Positions 20,883 to 22,329 of a stretch of 22,329 nucleotides of DNA are shown piece by piece. A program made the position numbers and the translations under genes. A model generated the notes under the pieces. The model did not search any database. It saw only the letters and a program-made list of their open reading frames with translations, and was not told the origin of the DNA. The DNA lies in assembly GCF_000190715.1 (NCBI RefSeq), contig NW_003519425.1:1-22329 (forward strand), read 5' to 3'. Positions within the stretch are counted from its first letter, which is position 1. Every line of letters starts with the position of its first letter. The DNA comes from Dictyostelium purpureum. Taxonomy: Eukaryota.

Positions 20883-22329
20883 ATGATTTTTTCAATAGCC
20901 GGAGCTATCTTCCATTATTTATTTTTATTTTTTATCTCCAAATACTTCACCAATACCAACAATAACCCACCACAATCACCTCAATCAACACAATCACCAC
21001 AATCATCCCCACAATCTCCACAATCCCCACAATCCCCACAATCCCCACAATCCCCACAATCAACACAATCAACACAATCAACACAATCAACACAATCAAC
21101 ACAACCAACACAACCAAAACGTACTGCATCAATCCCTAGCTATAGAAATCTATTTCAAGATATGGATGCCTACGAAAAACAACAACAAGAACAAGATGAA
21201 CAACCAGAGCCACAATCACAACAACCACAGCCACAAACAAAACGTTCTGCATCAATCCCAAATTATAAAAAGCTATTTCAGGATATGGATGCATTTGAAA
21301 AACTACAGCAAGAACAAGAACAAGAACAAGAACAACAACAACAGCAACCATGTTCTCATTCAACTGCACAATCAACCAGCTACCCAAATTTAAATAAAAC
21401 CCACTCCCGTTATACTGCTGGTAGTGTTTCATCAACCAATCAACCACAACAACCACAACAAATCCACCAAAACTCACAATCAAACAGCTATCCTAGTTTT
21501 AATAGAGCCCAATCACGTTATACTACAGATAGTGTTCCATCAACCAGTCAAAAACAAAACTATCAACCACACTCATATCCAAACCCAAACCCAAACTCAA
21601 ACCCAAACCCAAGCACAAACCCAAACCCAAACCCACAATCACAACATAACCCATCAAGTGCACATTCTGTAAGCAACCCAACATTTAATAGAGAACAATC
21701 ACGTTATAATGTTGCAGGTAATTCTAGATCCAACAATTCACCACAACAATGCCCACAACAACCATTTAAACCATCAAGGGCAGAATCGAATTACCCAGCA
21801 TTTAATAGTGCACACTCAAGTTTCAAAACTACAGACGGACCAACACCAGTAAATACACCAACAACCAACCAACAACAAAGAGCACACAAATCATCAGACT
21901 ATCCATCAGTCAATAGAGAACAATCCCGTTACAAGTGTGCAAGTTCCCCATCAAATATTCCAACTTTCAATTCTGCAAATAATGAAAAATTAAATAGGGA
22001 AAAGGCAGAAAAAGAACGTATTGAAAGATTGGAAAAAGAAAAGTTGGAAAAGGAAAGAGTCCGTGAAGAAAAGGAACGTGTAGAAAAAGAGAAATTAGAG
22101 AAAGAAAGATTAGAAAATGAAAGATTAGAAAATGAAAGATTAGAAAAAAAAAAAAAAGAAAGGGAGCGTTTAGAAAAAGAAGAGGTCGACGAATGCTGTA
22201 TTTGCTATATCAAATTAAACTCAAGCAATACCACCTCGATAGATTGCTCTCATAAATTTTGCTATGGATGCATCAGTGAATGGTCCAAATTAGAAGAAAC
22301 TTGCCCATTGTGCAGAAAAATTTATTTTT
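20883..22329 (+). CDS. RING-finger (C3HC4) protein with Q/S/P-rich internally repetitive N-region and a charged coiled-coil. The 3' end is not reached within the window.
   Basis: Frame 0 was read by hand and is open from ATG 20883 (aaaATG context) to the window end. It encodes MIFSIAGAIFHYLFLFFISKYFTNTNNNPP, then (QSPQSPQS)n/(QSTQS)n from the 9-bp repeats at 20960-21120. Two copies of KR[TS]ASIP[SN]Y..LFQDMDA[YF]EK follow. Five copies of [SN]YP[SAT]FN[RS].QSRY follow (NLNKTHSRYT, SFNRAQSRYT, TFNREQSRYN, AFNSAHSSFK, SVNREQSRYK). An ERLEKEKLEKERVREEKERVEKEKLEKERLENERLENERLEKKKK coiled-coil follows. The C-terminal RING is CCICYIKLNSSNTTSIDCSHKFCYGCISEWSKLEETCPLCRKIYF (C-x2-C...C-x-H-x2-C-x2-C...C-x2-C). 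The track shows no ORF in this frame because no stop is reached. Antisense and +1-frame ORFs are artefacts of the CAA repeats. Confidence 0.75.
   Translation, partial: MIFSIAGAIFHYLFLFFISKYFTNTNNNPPQSPQSTQSPQSSPQSPQSPQSPQSPQSPQSTQSTQSTQSTQSTQPTQPKRTASIPSYRNLFQDMDAYEKQQQEQDEQPEPQSQQPQPQTKRSASIPNYKKLFQDMDAFEKLQQEQEQEQEQQQQQPCSHSTAQSTSYPNLNKTHSRYTAGSVSSTNQPQQPQQIHQNSQSNSYPSFNRAQSRYTTDSVPSTSQKQNYQPHSYPNPNPNSNPNPSTNPNPNPQSQHNPSSAHSVSNPTFNREQSRYNVAGNSRSNNSPQQCPQQPFKPSRAESNYPAFNSAHSSFKTTDGPTPVNTPTTNQQQRAHKSSDYPSVNREQSRYKCASSPSNIPTFNSANNEKLNREKAEKERIERLEKEKLEKERVREEKERVEKEKLEKERLENERLENERLEKKKKERERLEKEEVDECCICYIKLNSSNTTSIDCSHKFCYGCISEWSKLEETCPLCRKIYF

Noticed and set aside
20947-21672. Minus-strand ORFs 20947..21132 and 21136..21483, and plus-strand ORFs 21166..21393 and 21424..21672
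   Set aside because: They are open only because of the CAA-rich 9-bp repeats. The frame-0 plus-strand reading gives a coherent RING protein, whereas these give poly-Val/Ile or poly-Asn/Lys.
1-22329. Prokaryotic-style features (CRISPR arrays, operons, RBS/terminators, defence islands)
   Set aside because: The window is eukaryotic nuclear DNA with spliceosomal introns. No direct-repeat/spacer array is present; the only tandem repeats are microsatellites and coding minisatellites.

Overview
This 22.3-kb window is very AT-rich nuclear DNA of Dictyostelium type, with short AT-rich introns and homopolymer-rich intergenic spacers. I traced splice junctions by hand and found nine protein-coding genes, one tRNA and a repeat-rich block around the tRNA. 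The protein genes, in order, are: a 3-exon MOB1-family kinase activator on the + strand; a possible small secreted Cys-containing peptide on +; an intron-less DNA ligase IV with tandem BRCT domains on -; a 6-exon secreted, probably GPI-anchored surface protein with IPT/TIG-like beta domains on -; a short Asn-rich hypothetical ORF on +; the UFM1-activating E1 UBA5 in 2 exons on +; a large leucine-rich-repeat protein with a short terminal exon on +; a 3-exon short-chain dehydrogenase/reductase on -; and, running off the window end, a RING-finger protein with an unusual internally repetitive Q/S/P-rich N-region on +. A tRNA-Pro(UGG) gene sits in a repeat-rich block. A ~640-bp TG...CA retroelement/LTR-like segment with a TATA box lies directly upstream of it. 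A ~110-bp fragment ending in a 26-nt poly(A) lies 36 bp downstream, as expected for the tRNA-targeted retroelements of this genome. No prokaryotic features such as CRISPR or operons are present. Most short ORFs in the six-frame track are antisense or low-complexity artefacts. Several GC-richer islands between 20290 and 20570 remain unexplained.
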